Of a stretch of DNA of 64,000 nucleotides, positions 17,771-26,525 are shown piece after piece; position 1 is the stretch's first letter; every line of letters begins with the position of its first letter. The notes under the pieces are model-generated. The model searched no databases. It worked only from the letters and a program-made list of their open reading frames with translations, and was not told the origin of the DNA. The stretch is taken from the IMG/VR virus record IMGVR_UViG_3300033508_000321. One strand, given 5' to 3'. The stretch is from a virus. The position numbers were made by a program, and so were the translations under genes.

Positions 17771-18728
17771 TATAAAAATACAAATCGGGCAAACGGTTTT
17801 TACTTCGGTAGAATCGGTCACAATTACCCAAACATGGGAAGAGATGACCGATACCGCCATGTTTCGCCTACCTTCTACACTCTGGAAACGTGGCATTAAT
17901 CTGAAAACGCTGTTTCCATATGGAACTGCCGTTACTATTTGGATGGGTGTGGATAGAAATTTAGTCGAAATTTTTACTGGTTACGTTACTGCAATAAAGC
18001 AGGATTCAATCAGTGAGTTTGCGTGTCAAGATGCTATGTACCTGCTGAAAAAAAGCACCGTAAAAAGCTATTTTAAATCGAACGTTAGCTTAAAACAGTT
18101 GCTTTTAGATCTTGAAATACCCGCAACGGCGAATGTTGAAGTACCAAATCTAGGTACAGTGAAGTTTCAAAACGTAAACAAAGCTCAAATACTTGACAAA
18201 CTCAAAGAATACGGACTTTATACGTTCAATCGTAACGGCTTGCAAGTTGGCTTTCCTTACCTGTTAACGGGTAGCGAGTACAAGTTTTACTTCAATGGCG
18301 CAAAAGCAAGCATAATTGATAATAGTTTGAACTACGAAGAAGTAGAAGTAAATCAGATTTACCTGAAAAGCACATCGTTTTTGGCAGATGGTAGCAATAT
18401 TGTGCTTTATTCCTACTACCTGAATGGAAACATCGTGAGCAGTACTGAAAAGCCAGATGATGGTGATTCACGAAATGCTTTTTTCTACGGTTTATCATAC
18501 TCAGAATTAAAGCAGGTGAGCGAAGAACGTTTGCGCAAAATAAACTATGATGGTTATAGTGGTACTTTTAGCACTTTTATTTTGCCGAAAATTTATTTTG
18601 GTGATAAAGTAACGCTAGTAGATAACCGTTATGCTGAGCGTGAGGGTACGTACCTTGTAAAAGGTGTAGAACGTACGTATAGTACAGGTGGTGCACGTCA
18701 AACAATAATGTTAGATGCGAAAGTATGA
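17757..18728 (+). CDS. Baseplate hub-like protein (P2 gpD / Mu gpP-like, tentative)
   Basis: 323 aa. The N-terminus 'PSIKIQIGQTVFTSVESVTITQTWEEMTDTAMFRLP' resembles late-control-D-type tail proteins. Position is before the spike gene. Confidence 0.45.
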   Translation: MLRPSIKIQIGQTVFTSVESVTITQTWEEMTDTAMFRLPSTLWKRGINLKTLFPYGTAVTIWMGVDRNLVEIFTGYVTAIKQDSISEFACQDAMYLLKKSTVKSYFKSNVSLKQLLLDLEIPATANVEVPNLGTVKFQNVNKAQILDKLKEYGLYTFNRNGLQVGFPYLLTGSEYKFYFNGAKASIIDNSLNYEEVEVNQIYLKSTSFLADGSNIVLYSYYLNGNIVSSTEKPDDGDSRNAFFYGLSYSELKQVSEERLRKINYDGYSGTFSTFILPKIYFGDKVTLVDNRYAEREGTYLVKGVERTYSTGGARQTIMLDAKV

Positions 18729-19264
18729 GAGAAATAATAAAGCAACTTTTTGCCGATTTTTTTAATCAGCATGAAATTTACTCACGTTATGGTGTGGTTA
18801 CTCAGGTTAATTCTGATAACACGTGTAGCGTAAGTTTTGAGGGTTTTGCGTCTATGGAAAACATACCCTTTGCCGGAATTTCTGGCAATGATGGCATAGT
18901 AATAAAACCGAAATTGAATACTAAAGTACTGGTGACGTTTACCAGTTTTCAGACCGCTTTTATTTCTTACGTTGTAGAACCTGATACCATACAATTTAAA
19001 AATGAAAGTGTTAAAATTCTGTTATCTGATAAAGTCATTTTTAATGCTGGTGAGAACGATGGTACAGTGCTAATAAATCCATTATTGGAAAAAATAAACC
19101 GCTTAGAAGGTCAGATAAATGACCTTAAAACGCTTTTTTCATCATGGGTAGTAGCACCCGGTGATGGTGGTTTAGCGTTGAAAACCATACTTGCAACGTG
19201 GTACGCTGCTCAGATAAGCGAAACAACAAAAGACGAAATAGAAAATAAAACTATACTGCAATGA
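18725..19264 (+). CDS. Baseplate spike protein (gpV-like, tentative)
   Basis: 179 aa. 'YGVVTQVNSDNTCSVSFEG...IPFAGISGNDGIVIKPKLNTKVLVTF' fits the OB-fold gpV pattern. Confidence 0.5.
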   Translation: MREIIKQLFADFFNQHEIYSRYGVVTQVNSDNTCSVSFEGFASMENIPFAGISGNDGIVIKPKLNTKVLVTFTSFQTAFISYVVEPDTIQFKNESVKILLSDKVIFNAGENDGTVLINPLLEKINRLEGQINDLKTLFSSWVVAPGDGGLALKTILATWYAAQISETTKDEIENKTILQ

Positions 19265-19563
19265 ATGATATAATTTTTGATAATGGGGACGTGCAAATAA
19301 GCAACGGCGATTTCGTGGTTAGTGACAGCACGGCGCAGGAAACTGAGTTAATCATGTACGCTAACCTCGGTCAGTTACCTCTTAATCCTTTGCTCGGTGT
19401 TAACATTCAGAGCATGATCAACGGCTCAGCTAATCGTATGGCATTAACTGCCATAGTTAGAAAAAATATGAAAAACGATGACTTAGAAGTAGAAAATCTT
19501 AATATTGCACTCACTACCAACGGTACGCTTAGTGTGGATGTTAACACAAAACGGAAAAAATGA
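19261..19563 (+). CDS. Baseplate wedge protein (GPW / gp25-like, tentative)
   Basis: 100 aa. 'LGQLPLNPLLGVNIQSMINGS' fits the gp25-like motif. ATGA overlaps on both sides. Confidence 0.45.
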   Translation: MNDIIFDNGDVQISNGDFVVSDSTAQETELIMYANLGQLPLNPLLGVNIQSMINGSANRMALTAIVRKNMKNDDLEVENLNIALTTNGTLSVDVNTKRKK

Positions 19564-19868
19564 CTCGTGCTTTACCCGGACAAACGCTTTTAGATGTTGT
19601 ACTTCAAAACGCTGGTACGTTGGAGGCTATAGGTGATTTTTTGCGGGAAAATCCCTTATTTGACTTATCAGCAAACATACAAGAGGGTACAGCGTACCAG
19701 TATTCAGGCGCTACGGTTGATCGTGATGTGCTGGACACATTTATTCGTACAAATCACAAACCGGTGGCAATACAAAGTACGATTGAATTTGGTGAGGGTG
19801 GTGATTACATCTCTACCGATGGAATTTATTACAAATCTACTGATGGGATTTACTATTTAATAGCATAA
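19560..19868 (+). CDS. Hypothetical tail protein
   Basis: 102 aa. ATGA overlap. The N-terminus is weakly LysM-like ('QTLLDVVLQNAGTLEAIGDFLRENPL'). Confidence 0.45.
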   Translation: MTRALPGQTLLDVVLQNAGTLEAIGDFLRENPLFDLSANIQEGTAYQYSGATVDRDVLDTFIRTNHKPVAIQSTIEFGEGGDYISTDGIYYKSTDGIYYLIA

Positions 19869-19873
19869 AGAAA

Positions 19874-21052
19874 ATGGCAGGGGAAAAATTTAATTTTTGG
19901 AGTAAAAAACCCGGTGGAATAACCGGTACGGAAATATGGCCGATACAAGGTGCAAGTGGCGCACCCGGTGATAACTGGTCTTTGGATGGTAATGATATGG
20001 CTGCTTTTACAAAAGAGTATCTAAACGGTATATTACCCACAACAATCGGCACGGGTGGCGACTATACCAATGTTGCTGCTGCTATAGCAGCAGGGCTTAC
20101 AGATTCACAAAAAAGGAATATTGTTTTTGTGAGTGATGTGACTGAAAATACAAGTTTTATTTTAGGTGGCTCTATTACTGCACCTATTGGGATAGATATG
20201 AATACGTATAGATGGAATCTTGGCGCAACAACATGTACAATTGATACCGTTGTAATACAAAATGGAACAATAACTGGAACAGGCATAATGTTTTCTTTCG
20301 CATCTCAATATAGAAATGCCAGATTTTCAAGAGTTTCATTCAATACTAATTCATCTGGAGGTGCAATTTCAATACCTACTCGTATATTTGGGGGCTCTTC
20401 AAACTCGTATCTACACATGCAATATTGCAATATAAAATTAGGTAATAACTCTACAGGCTTTTGCGATGGTGCTTTTGAGGACATTAATATTGATTTCTGT
20501 GATTTTTATGGTGGTGGTAGTAGCTCCTCCGCTATATTAAGAGCTACATCAATAGCTTCAATCACAAATTGTATTTTTTACAATGCCTTCGACATTATAT
20601 ACATCAATGGATTATTCGCGAATAATCAGAATTCTGGTAATGACCAGGCCTTTTCTGCGAATAGAATAGAGACTGTATCCAATGCAGTTGCAACACCGAA
20701 TATCGCAAATTGTAAATTTCCAAGTACAGCTTTATACATCAACACTGGCACAGATACAACCGCAGCAAGAGTAAGTAATAGTAGATTTCTTGGTTACTTA
20801 TCTACTAGCCCAAAAAAAGATTGCTATTTAAGCAATGTTGTTTTCCACGATACTAATAGCATTACTATGGGTGGTAACACATCTAACTGTACATTTATGG
20901 GCCCGATTGTACTAAGTAATAATTCTCGCTCATCAACTTGTACGTATAATAGCACCCTAACAATTAATACTGGCACAACTGGGGTTAAGATATATGGAAG
21001 GATATCTGTAGGAGCTTATACTGACAGCGGAACGGGTACAGTAGACCTTTAA
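19874..21052 (+). CDS. Tail fibre / spike with a right-handed beta-helix-like repeat region (putative receptor-binding protein)
   Basis: 392 aa, N/S/T/G-rich. 'NC-x-F' type rungs recur (YCNI, FCDF, TNCIF, ANCKF, SNCTF). It looks more AT-rich than its neighbours from about 20100. Confidence 0.55.
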   Translation: MAGEKFNFWSKKPGGITGTEIWPIQGASGAPGDNWSLDGNDMAAFTKEYLNGILPTTIGTGGDYTNVAAAIAAGLTDSQKRNIVFVSDVTENTSFILGGSITAPIGIDMNTYRWNLGATTCTIDTVVIQNGTITGTGIMFSFASQYRNARFSRVSFNTNSSGGAISIPTRIFGGSSNSYLHMQYCNIKLGNNSTGFCDGAFEDINIDFCDFYGGGSSSSAILRATSIASITNCIFYNAFDIIYINGLFANNQNSGNDQAFSANRIETVSNAVATPNIANCKFPSTALYINTGTDTTAARVSNSRFLGYLSTSPKKDCYLSNVVFHDTNSITMGGNTSNCTFMGPIVLSNNSRSSTCTYNSTLTINTGTTGVKIYGRISVGAYTDSGTGTVDL

Positions 21053-21064
21053 AAATATAGAACT

Positions 21065-21571
21065 ATGAAATACATATACAGAGGACATACAGCAAGTTCA
21101 ATCACTTTTCGTGCGATAAGCGATAATGGCAATATTACAGATTACGGGGTTTTTGACTTTGAAGAACCTTTGCGCCCTTATTTTTCTCAGCTATTTGCGA
21201 AATTCGTAGGCACTGGGAAATTCGTAGATGACGGTACTTTTAATAAAGCGTGCGCCGATTACCTATTATTGTTAACCTGGCAATTTGATGATCGTTCTTT
21301 GCGAGTTAGTATACCGAATGACCTGATCACAAAAGCACAGGTAGCAGCAGCAGCCGGAACGGGTGATATGTTGGACTGGTTAGGGCAGATAATCGAACAA
21401 GTTTACCCTTTGCACTCGAATAGAATTGTGGTTACGGATGTTTATGCGGTTATTTACTTGAATTACATTCTACCCGAGCACGAACCTATTTTGCGCCATT
21501 TTTCCGAAATTTCAATAGAGTACAAACCCGAAGTAGCAACTATACCCGAGGGTGAAATAAATATCGTATGA
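21065..21571 (+). CDS. Hypothetical protein (fibre-associated by position)
   Basis: 168 aa, directly after the fibre gene. Confidence 0.5.
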   Translation: MKYIYRGHTASSITFRAISDNGNITDYGVFDFEEPLRPYFSQLFAKFVGTGKFVDDGTFNKACADYLLLLTWQFDDRSLRVSIPNDLITKAQVAAAAGTGDMLDWLGQIIEQVYPLHSNRIVVTDVYAVIYLNYILPEHEPILRHFSEISIEYKPEVATIPEGEINIV

Positions 21572-21834
21572 AACTGAATTTTCGCAAAAATTTAAAAGGT
21601 AACTTAGAAGCAGACCTACCGGTAGAGGAATTATGCTCAGATAAGGCGTTTTTAGACGCTCTGAGCAAAGTTCTACCAAAAGATGATACTTATATCATGC
21701 TTGAAAAGATAATCGCTAGAATCGAAAGAAAAACCAATGAGAGGATCGCATACGTTTACTTTGTCCTCGGTACATGGATTTTCTCTATGATTTTAGTAGG
21801 TGGATTCTTTGAGATGCTCAGGAATATTCATTGA
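21568..21834 (+). CDS. Small membrane protein (holin candidate, weak)
   Basis: 88 aa. C-terminal TM helix 'IAYVYFVLGTWIFSMILVGGFF'. It is the last gene of the late block, before the terminator at 21857. Confidence 0.45.
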   Translation: MKLNFRKNLKGNLEADLPVEELCSDKAFLDALSKVLPKDDTYIMLEKIIARIERKTNERIAYVYFVLGTWIFSMILVGGFFEMLRNIH

Positions 21835-21856
21835 CGTTTCGAAGATTCCACAACAA

Positions 21857-21884
21857 AAAAGCCCGTTTTACCGGGCTTTTTCTA
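21857..21884 (+). terminator. Rho-independent terminator ending the morphogenesis block
   Basis: AAAAGCCCG-ttttac-CGGGCTTTT followed by a T-run. Confidence 0.7.
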
Positions 21885-22066
21885 TTTAAAACTAACCAAA
21901 ACGAGTAAAAATATTATATAAACCAGTGAAAAAATATGAGAAGCGCACCAACCTAAAAGTGCTTGGGTTAACTAACCCGATACAAAGGTAAAATTTTTGC
22001 GCAAAGGTTTACGTCATTAACAAAATTTTAACATGATGGACTATTGACAAATACAAAAATCGGGTT

Positions 22067-22074
22067 TATCTTTG
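22067..22074 (+). promoter_or_regulatory. TAnnTTTG (-7-type) box for the tRNA, with TTGACA 17 nt upstream
   Basis: TATCTTTG lies 10 nt before the tRNA 5' end. TTGACA is at 22044-22049. Confidence 0.5.
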
Positions 22075-22083
22075 TAACATCAT

Positions 22084-22154
22084 TGCGGGATAGTGTAATG
22101 GTAAAACGCTGGTCTCATAAGCCAAAGCTGGTAGTTCGATTCTATCTCCCGCAA
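22084..22154 (+). tRNA. tRNA with anticodon CAU (Met, or Ile2 if lysidine-modified)
   Basis: Hand fold: acceptor TGCGGGA/TCCCGCA, D-loop with GG, anticodon loop CUCAUAA, T-arm GGTAG-TTCGATT-CTATC, discriminator A. 71 nt, no encoded CCA. Confidence 0.75.
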
Positions 22155-22194
22155 CTTAGATTCATCCTAAGTTTGTTTTTCTGTTAGGTTTTAG

Positions 22195-22227
22195 CCCCCG
22201 TGATAAAAAAATTTTGCGGGGGTTTTT
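22195..22227 (+). terminator. Hairpin terminator after the tRNA
   Basis: CCCCCG-(16 nt loop)-CGGGGG followed by TTTTT. Confidence 0.55.
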
Positions 22228-22258
22228 AAAAAACTTAGAATGATGTAAAAAATATTTA

Positions 22259-22266
22259 TATATTTG
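22259..22266 (+). promoter_or_regulatory. TAnnTTTG box at the head of the early/replication block
   Basis: TATATTTG, the first box after the tRNA terminator. About 176 nt of leader precede ATG 22443. Confidence 0.4.
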
Positions 22267-22442
22267 TACTGCAAGATTCCGACTATTGTAGTTCTAAAAA
22301 AGTGTAAGATGTTTGAAAATTTTGGTAATTATAATCTCAGCCCAAATAGGGTAGGTAAAGAAGAAAACGGATTTGACACTGTTTGCCGTTTTTCTTGCTG
22401 TCGGAAGCACCTACTCTATTTGGGTTTTACTTTTTATACGCT

Positions 22443-23528
22443 ATGGAAGAATTTGCTGTAGATGATTTACAGATCGTAAACTTGAAACGTGTTTACGCTT
22501 GTGGGATTAAACCCGGTGATTTGAGCATCCCTGCATTGGTAATATTTTTTTACTTTGGTAAGGTTGCTGCCGTTAGTCATAGACTCGAAGATCGTGAGTA
22601 CTTTTGGGTAGCACATGGTAAGGTTATAAAAGATAACCCGTACCATGAGTTCACAAAAACAATCATTCAAAACAACGTAACGAAGTTGATAAAATTTGGG
22701 TTGTTGGAAAGGCACTCAAACGTACGAGAGCTAAATAGGAGCTACTACAGATTGACTAATTTAGGTAAAACCGTTATTTTAGGTGATAGTGCTGATGATA
22801 ACACGTTTTTTAAAAGCAAGAAAAAATACGGCGCAGTTAAAAAAGTGGCAAAAAAACCTAAGATAACCGAAACAAGTAAAACCTATCATAAAAATATGAC
22901 AGGTAACGAAAAACCTATCATAAAAAAACGACACGAATATAATAATATAAATAATAAAGAATATATTAATAAGATTATAGAAGAAGAAAAAGAAAAGGCT
23001 TTTTTCCGAAAAAATCTTATTACACATTTTCCAAAAGATCAGAGAGAGAATATCGATGTAAATGATTTGGAAACTGCTAAAGATGATCCATACCTACAGG
23101 ACTTACTTACTGATGAGCTAACTTTTCAAATTAAGTACGATATAAAAGCAGATGAAAAAACATTACAATACAGAATGTATAACGAAGATGCTGTACATGA
23201 ATTTTGTGGTTTACTCGTATTGTTTAACCCCGATTATATGCGTAACTATGACATTTGGGATGCTTACCAGTTGTACATTCGTAGGCGAATTTTTGATGAC
23301 CTAGACACCATACGAGCTGTTATTTATTCTACGATGCAATCTCATTTGATTGAAGAAAAACCCTATTTGTTTACCCCGATTTTTTGCCTAAGGCGTAGCG
23401 TATTTTTAGCAAATAAAGCATCCGCAGGTGAAGAGAAAATAACCCACTACAGAAATGTAGATATTAACGATTTTATGAAATCCTACCCAACAGAAAACAC
23501 TTATCCGAATGGCTACGAATTACCATGA
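22443..23528 (+). CDS. Winged-helix-like DNA-binding protein with a Lys-rich linker (replication initiator or regulator candidate)
   Basis: First ATG is at 22443 (the track start 22383 is non-ATG). 'TKLIKFGLLERHSNVRELNRSYYRLTNLGK' resembles a MarR-type wing. The K/N-rich low-complexity stretch spans nt 22800-23010. Confidence 0.5.
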   Translation: MEEFAVDDLQIVNLKRVYACGIKPGDLSIPALVIFFYFGKVAAVSHRLEDREYFWVAHGKVIKDNPYHEFTKTIIQNNVTKLIKFGLLERHSNVRELNRSYYRLTNLGKTVILGDSADDNTFFKSKKKYGAVKKVAKKPKITETSKTYHKNMTGNEKPIIKKRHEYNNINNKEYINKIIEEEKEKAFFRKNLITHFPKDQRENIDVNDLETAKDDPYLQDLLTDELTFQIKYDIKADEKTLQYRMYNEDAVHEFCGLLVLFNPDYMRNYDIWDAYQLYIRRRIFDDLDTIRAVIYSTMQSHLIEEKPYLFTPIFCLRRSVFLANKASAGEEKITHYRNVDINDFMKSYPTENTYPNGYELP

Positions 23529-24042
23529 TTTATTAATTAAATTGGGTATGTTACCCAGACACGCTAGGACTGAATTTACAGACCTAGAAAAAACAAAACT
23601 TACTGATTTTGTACTAAATTACCCGATTGAGTCACCACATAGCTTTATAGTGCAAGGTTCTGACGGTATAGGCAAAAATACTGCACTTAGTATGCTTGTA
23701 AAGCGTGCTATTGAGTACAACAAATTGAATGAGTGTATAAATTTTGGCGGCGAAAAAATACTGGTTCGCAGAATGCCGAAATTTATCTATTCATGGGTAG
23801 GTGTAAAACCAGAGGATTTAATGAGCGGTGATATGCTTGTAATACCTAACTTCGAACAATGCCCGTTTGTAAATGATTTACCCGGAATACTGGCGAAAAG
23901 GTCTGCTAATCCGTTATTTTTTGCGTTAATGAGTTGTGGTTTACGTACGAACCCTAAATTGGTAGAATCATTCTCGCAAGTATGTACAATTTACACCACT
24001 AAGGACGTAAAAGCATTCACCAGAACAAGCAAAGAATTATGA
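23509..24042 (+). CDS. Putative P-loop protein with a deviant Walker A
   Basis: 177 aa. 'GSDGIGKNTAL' has GxxGxGK followed by N rather than S/T. Lies between the wHTH gene and the helicase gene. Confidence 0.4.
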   Translation: MATNYHDLLIKLGMLPRHARTEFTDLEKTKLTDFVLNYPIESPHSFIVQGSDGIGKNTALSMLVKRAIEYNKLNECINFGGEKILVRRMPKFIYSWVGVKPEDLMSGDMLVIPNFEQCPFVNDLPGILAKRSANPLFFALMSCGLRTNPKLVESFSQVCTIYTTKDVKAFTRTSKEL

Positions 24043-25517
24043 TAATAAGAAACTCAATGCTTCGCATACCAAACGGTATAGTGAGCGAAGAACAATTGGT
24101 TGACGATCTAAGCATTGACAATCCGAAATACGCAAGCGCAAAAAGGTTTTCACGTTACCCTGTTAGTATTCCAAAACGTTTGTACTTTTTTGCGAAATAT
24201 CCCGATGGTAGCTACTTAGTACCCAGAAACTACCCGATACATAGACCGATGGTGCAACAGGTGAGTTTGGGTGTACCCATCACTGGTGAAATAAATTTCA
24301 CGGCTCGAGAAGGTCAAACTGAAATCTTCAAAGAAATAGAGGAAAAATTGGCGGAAAATGTAACTGATTTTCTTCTTCATGTAGACACCGGCAAAGGTAA
24401 AACGATGCTCGCATTGTGGATGATTAACCGTTACAAACTACGTACACTGGTGGTAGTACCTACACGTGCACTAGGCTTACAATTCGTTGATAGGGTAAAG
24501 CAGTTTTCAAACTACTCAGCAGGTTTTTTCGCACCCGGAAAACCTTTGTACGATGTGACTATAGTTACATATCATTTGCTTGGTGGTGCGAAAGAAAGGG
24601 CGGCAAAAGACCCGGATTTTTACACGAAATTTGGACACGTGATATTTGACGAGTACCACAACGCAGGTGCTACGCAGTTTCACAAAGTAAACGAACTAGC
24701 AGCGTGTAAATACCGAACTATGTTAACAGCTACTTTTCGTAGGAAAGACGGCATGGACAAGGTATTGAAATACCATTTCGAGCACACAATCACGTGGAAA
24801 GACTCAGACCGCAATTTTGTAGATGTTTACCCGGTTATGATAACCGATATTGATCTGAATAAAGATTTTAACGGTTATGGCACACGTGCAACGGCACTAC
24901 GAATGCTTAGAAGAAATGACATCGTAAAGGTTAACGGTATGGTGGGGCGTATAGATGGGCTAAGACCTTACATTTTTGATTCGCCTAACGGTACTTTCGA
25001 GCTAGATTTAACGGATAAAGTATATCTGAGCAATGGGTTCTCGCACGTGATGTTTGAAACTAACTTGAGCAATGATGAAAAATTGCGGGAAAAAGCCCGG
25101 AAATTTATTGATGGTTTACCGAGTAAAAATATACTTGTATTGAGCAGTAGATTGAAACAACTAGAGGATCTGGACTCACTGCTCAAGAAAAAAAGCGGGG
25201 TGTTAAAAGGTAAGATAAAGGACAAAGAATATATAAAATATTTGCGGGATGATGCCGATGTAGTTTTGGGTATAGATAAACTAGCCAAAGAGGGTATGGA
25301 CTTACCACGAATGGACACGCTGGTGTTTTTAACCTCTTACCGTGATATAGAACAGGCTTTAGGTAGGGTAACACGTGAGTACAAAGGCAAGACCCGGGTA
25401 AGTGTTTACTTTTTCATTTATGATAGCCCGTACAGCAAGCTATTCTATGGAAGAAACGGGGCGCAAAAAATGTTCGAAAAGTTAGGTTGTACCATGATGC
25501 CAATGTTTGAAATCTGA
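24039..25517 (+). CDS. Superfamily 2 DNA helicase (DEAH-like)
   Basis: Motif I 'DTGKGKTMLAL', II 'FDEYHNAG', III 'TATFRR', VI 'QALGRVTR'. Confidence 0.8.
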   Translation: MIIRNSMLRIPNGIVSEEQLVDDLSIDNPKYASAKRFSRYPVSIPKRLYFFAKYPDGSYLVPRNYPIHRPMVQQVSLGVPITGEINFTAREGQTEIFKEIEEKLAENVTDFLLHVDTGKGKTMLALWMINRYKLRTLVVVPTRALGLQFVDRVKQFSNYSAGFFAPGKPLYDVTIVTYHLLGGAKERAAKDPDFYTKFGHVIFDEYHNAGATQFHKVNELAACKYRTMLTATFRRKDGMDKVLKYHFEHTITWKDSDRNFVDVYPVMITDIDLNKDFNGYGTRATALRMLRRNDIVKVNGMVGRIDGLRPYIFDSPNGTFELDLTDKVYLSNGFSHVMFETNLSNDEKLREKARKFIDGLPSKNILVLSSRLKQLEDLDSLLKKKSGVLKGKIKDKEYIKYLRDDADVVLGIDKLAKEGMDLPRMDTLVFLTSYRDIEQALGRVTREYKGKTRVSVYFFIYDSPYSKLFYGRNGAQKMFEKLGCTMMPMFEI

Positions 25518-25750
25518 TGTTTTGGAATCGCAAGCCTTTGAAGTATTTAGAATATAACAAGGCGCTGGACGTGTTTAGAATCGTGGATAAACCGACTGAG
25601 GAACTGAATTACATGGTAATTTTGAGACGAAAAAATCGGGCAAAACTAGAGGAATTTATCCGTGAAATTGAATACATAGCCCCACATATCCACCCGAAAA
25701 AGAAATTTGAATTAATACTTAAACGATCACTACTAAAAGAGAACAAATGA
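25517..25750 (+). CDS. Hypothetical protein
   Basis: 77 aa. Its start abuts the helicase stop (TGATG). Confidence 0.45.
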   Translation: MFWNRKPLKYLEYNKALDVFRIVDKPTEELNYMVILRRKNRAKLEEFIREIEYIAPHIHPKKKFELILKRSLLKENK

Positions 25751-26169
25751 ATAGAGAAATTAAATTTAGAGCGTGGGATTTAACAAGAAAAACCATGCTG
25801 GCAGATGTACAAGAGTATAAGCAGATTATTTTTACCATGCATAGCAATGTTCCAGATTGCATCACTTTTGGTAATATTTGCAATAGTAAAACTGAGGTGG
25901 TTATGCAAGCATCCGGACTGGTGGATAAAAACGGGTGGGAAATTTTCGAAGGTGATATACTACAAAGTACACACCAGTACGATAGAGTACGTTTTTACAA
26001 AGTTTTTCATAAACCGGGTGGATTGTGCGTAAATGACTTTCAAGACGATTTTAAAAGATCTCCGGATGAGATTGCTTTCTACGGGGCACTCGCAGACCCT
26101 CAAAATGCTAGTTTTTTATCTTCGTGTGAAATCATAGGAAACGTATTTGAAAACCCGGAATTGATATGA
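25747..26169 (+). CDS. YopX family protein
   Basis: 'MNREIKFRAWD', 'GWEIFEGDIL' and 'IIGNVFENPELI' are the characteristic YopX N-terminal, middle and C-terminal motifs. Confidence 0.8.
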   Translation: MNREIKFRAWDLTRKTMLADVQEYKQIIFTMHSNVPDCITFGNICNSKTEVVMQASGLVDKNGWEIFEGDILQSTHQYDRVRFYKVFHKPGGLCVNDFQDDFKRSPDEIAFYGALADPQNASFLSSCEIIGNVFENPELI

Positions 26170-26375
26170 TATTAAGATACGAAGAAATAATAAATCACGA
26201 TGTGCATTCACACATATACGAGGTTACTTTTATGATTCGTGACGGTGAAATTTGGCGGGAAAAACTAGAGGTTTATTCCGGCGAAGAAAAACACCAATAC
26301 GATGCAGTACTAAGAAGGTGGGAAAAGGACTACCGAAGTCACAAAGTACGCTTAGTTGCTGTGACTGATATTTGA
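26166..26375 (+). CDS. Hypothetical protein
   Basis: 69 aa. ATGA overlap with the YopX gene. Confidence 0.45.
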   Translation: MILRYEEIINHDVHSHIYEVTFMIRDGEIWREKLEVYSGEEKHQYDAVLRRWEKDYRSHKVRLVAVTDI

Positions 26376-26499
26376 AAAAAATGTAAAAATTTTGTGCATT
26401 TTTTACACATATTAAAAATATGTGTTCTATGTGGGCAAAATCTATATTTTTAACAAATCAATAACAAAGTAGTTAACAACCCTTTAACAATTGATGATT

Positions 26500-26507
26500 T
26501 AAATTTG
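26500..26507 (+). promoter_or_regulatory. TAnnTTTG box upstream of dut, preceded by a phased TTAACAA pair
   Basis: TAAATTTG. TTAACAA sits at 26473 and 26484, and the pair ends 9 nt before the box, the same spacing as in the three cassettes. Confidence 0.5.
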
Positions 26508-26525
26508 TATCAAACAAAAGCAACA

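Noticed and set aside
19633-19860. 75-aa ORF nested in 19560-19868. Similar nested + strand ORFs occur at 12162-12410, 25805-26032 and 57483-57731.
   Set aside because: Each is fully contained in a longer, better-supported gene in another frame.
21885-22083. Possible attP or lysogeny signal next to the tRNA (small palindrome GGGTTA-AC-TAACCC at 21965-21978)
   Set aside because: There is no integrase, excisionase or CI-like repressor anywhere in the 64 kb. A 6-bp palindrome in AT-rich DNA is expected by chance.
22264-22461. 65-aa ORF in the leader of the early operon
   Set aside because: It starts inside the promoter box, overlaps the better ATG 22443 gene, has a Cys/Phe-rich odd composition and uses a non-ATG start. 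An internal 50-aa ATG version (22309) cannot be excluded, but it has no support.
26505-26525. TTG 26505 start for dut, and likewise 59747 for the lysozyme, 48922 for ParB-2 and 29177, 61073, 61622 and 63218 for other genes
   Set aside because: For dut, the lysozyme and ParB-2 the upstream start would place the TAnnTTTG promoter box inside the coding sequence; for 29177 and 63218 it would create a long (67-70 nt) overlap with the upstream gene; for 61073 and 61622 I prefer the downstream in-frame ATG over a non-ATG start. In all cases a downstream in-frame ATG gives a canonical coupling or spacing.
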